NCBI RefSeq assembly: GCF_036971445.1
Contig: NC_091473.1
Span: forward strand, 113,832,001-113,896,000
Source: Narcine bancroftii
Lineage: Eukaryota
Length of the DNA stretch: 64,000 nt
Direction of reading: 5' to 3'
A program made the position numbers and the translations under genes. This document shows, piece by piece, positions 62,170 through 64,000 of the stretch. The notes under the pieces were generated by a model. It did no database searches. It saw nothing but the letters and a program-made list of their open reading frames with translations, and was not told the DNA's origin. The first letter of the stretch is position 1. Each line of letters opens with the position of its first letter.

Positions 62170-63020
62170 TATTTTTCCAGTGTTCATTTATAATTGATGT
62201 AAATAATCATATTGATCTATACCTTACATTTATAAGGTTTCATACAACCTTGACAGAGATTTGACCATCTTTTCTCGTCATTTGTAATGTTTAGGTCTGC
62301 TTCCCATTTCTGTCTAGGTTTATGAACTCCCTGTTTAATAGGTGGCTGCTTGTAATAAAAGATACATTGCAGAAATAAATTTCTTAGTATAACCTCTCCT
62401 AATAAGAACTTCCAATTCACTACAAGCCGGTAAGAACATTGTTGAACCCAATTTTCCCACAAATATCCTTTCAGTTGAAGATGGCAAAAAAGTGTATTCT
62501 AAGTTATTCCATATTTATTTCTTAATTGTTGAAATGACATCAGTTGATCTTGTTCATAACAATTATATATATTTTTAATGCCTTTATGAAATTAAATATT
62601 TAAAAATTGATAATCTTGAATAAAAGGTATGAGGTTATTTTGAATCCAAGATGTCTTAGGTGATATACTTCCCTTTGTTCCAATTTCATTATTTATGGTA
62701 ATCAAATGTTTCAACAATGGTGCTTCTTTCACACTGGTTATTAACTTTGAATCCCATTTATAAATAAATTCCTCTGCTAATTTCTCTCATATTTTATCCA
62801 TCTTTATTTTGGCCCATGCCGGTTTTCCTGATCTCTCAAAAAGAGAAATAAGAAATCTCAATTGAGCCACTTGGTAATAATTATTAGTTAGAAAGCTGCA
62901 AACCTCTCAGTTCATATTTTCATGTTAGTCTTTCTATAGAAACTCTTGACATTTTACCTTTCAAAGAAATTCCCTTATAGGTTTATTTAATTCTTGAAAA
63001 AACTTTTGTGGTACTAATAT
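62170..63020 (-). mobile_element. Degraded L1/Tx1-clade ORF2 fragment
   Basis: KQGVHKPRQKWEADLNITNDEKRWSNLC (ORF 62217-62462), a region typical of fish L1 ORF2 upstream of the Cys motif. Confidence 0.65.
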
Positions 63021-64000
63021 TTTGTGGTAATAATATAATTTACTAATGCAAGTACTGTATTTGGAACACAGAGTTTCAGGGTGTTAGAATTAAAGCTGAA
63101 ACAGTTTTGATGTCATTAACCAATGCTCCAGGAATACACAATTGCATGGTACATTTTGGGAAACTACTGCCTTTGGTTCTCAAATCCTGAAAAGAACTAA
63201 GTTTTCTGAAACTGTTTCTGTATCAAGACTGCATTAGAAGCTCGAGATGCACAAGTCATTGCAAAAATGGAAGCAACTGATTAAATATCACAGGTAGAGT
63301 GAAGGTATATTGTTTGGTTCATCCCAAATAATAATGAAAAATGTCCTTTATGATAGCATCAACACATTTATGTTACTTCCAAAATGTATTGAATTAAAGT
63401 ACGGATTGATGGCCGGTAACTCACCGTGTTCTCCCTCTTAAGGTTTAACAGCTAGGTCTGGCTGCAATTTGAAAGGCGCATCCTGCAGCCATGACCCAGT
63501 CATTGCACCTGGGTCCCAGGAGGGTTACCTGGGTGCTGCAATTTGAAACACCTAATGACTACAGTTAATCCTACCCTTAAAAAGATGGCAGCTTGCCAAG
63601 CCACATCACCTGGTTAGGAATGTTTTCAATCACTGATCATTAGTTTCATTTCTGATTAGCAGTGTATATTTTGCATATTCTAAGAGTGGCACATTCCACT
63701 CACCTTGTGTTTCCAAAACTCAGTTCCATTGATCTCCACTCTCCTCTGAGGAGTATTCCCAGCAGCAGGATTCTTGTGAGAAATCGTGGAAATCTTTCCA
63801 GATTAAAGGAGTTGAAGCTCAGCTGAAAAATATCAATTTACAGACAGCAATTGGAAATCTTTGGGTTCATGTGGAATCCATTGATGTATCAATTTGCTGC
63901 AAAGTTCAGGCCACTTTGTCAGTACTTGTGACTTAATAATCAGTAAACTAACAGGGCATTAACAACATATGTCTAAGTTTGCGGAGGTTTGATATGATGT

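Noticed and set aside
55376-64000. Next dmap1 exon (expected to begin ..DAPPLLP)
   Set aside because: Not found by eye downstream of 55375; presumably lies beyond the window.

Overview
Eukaryotic (vertebrate) genomic DNA. The repeat repertoire (esterase-ORF1 CR1 LINEs, Penelope, Rex1, RTE, BEL/Pao, Gypsy) suggests a cartilaginous fish, probably a ray; this is an inference. The only host gene I can recognise is dmap1 (DNMT1-associated protein 1) on the + strand. Its two coding exons (48683-48791 and 55284-55375) have canonical splice sites and encode MATGADVRDILELGG...FKRPEGMHREVYALLYSDK; I did not find later exons in this window. A CpG-rich promoter-like island with NRF1- and ZNF143-like motifs (~10110-10900) is the best candidate for its non-coding first exon, which would imply a ~38-kb TE-filled intron. 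Directly upstream is a ~5.9-kb stratified C-rich 27-31-bp minisatellite that explains the giant ORFs in the track. Most of the rest is nested, largely decayed transposons, several with readable TSDs/TIRs. The most interesting signals are the promoter-abutting G4-prone minisatellite, hammerhead-like motifs in Penelope termini, tail-less or internally primed RTE insertions, and a BEL/Pao element whose terminal repeat extends past the PPT. I see no convincing new protein-coding system. Repeat boundaries were read by eye and are approximate unless a TSD is quoted.
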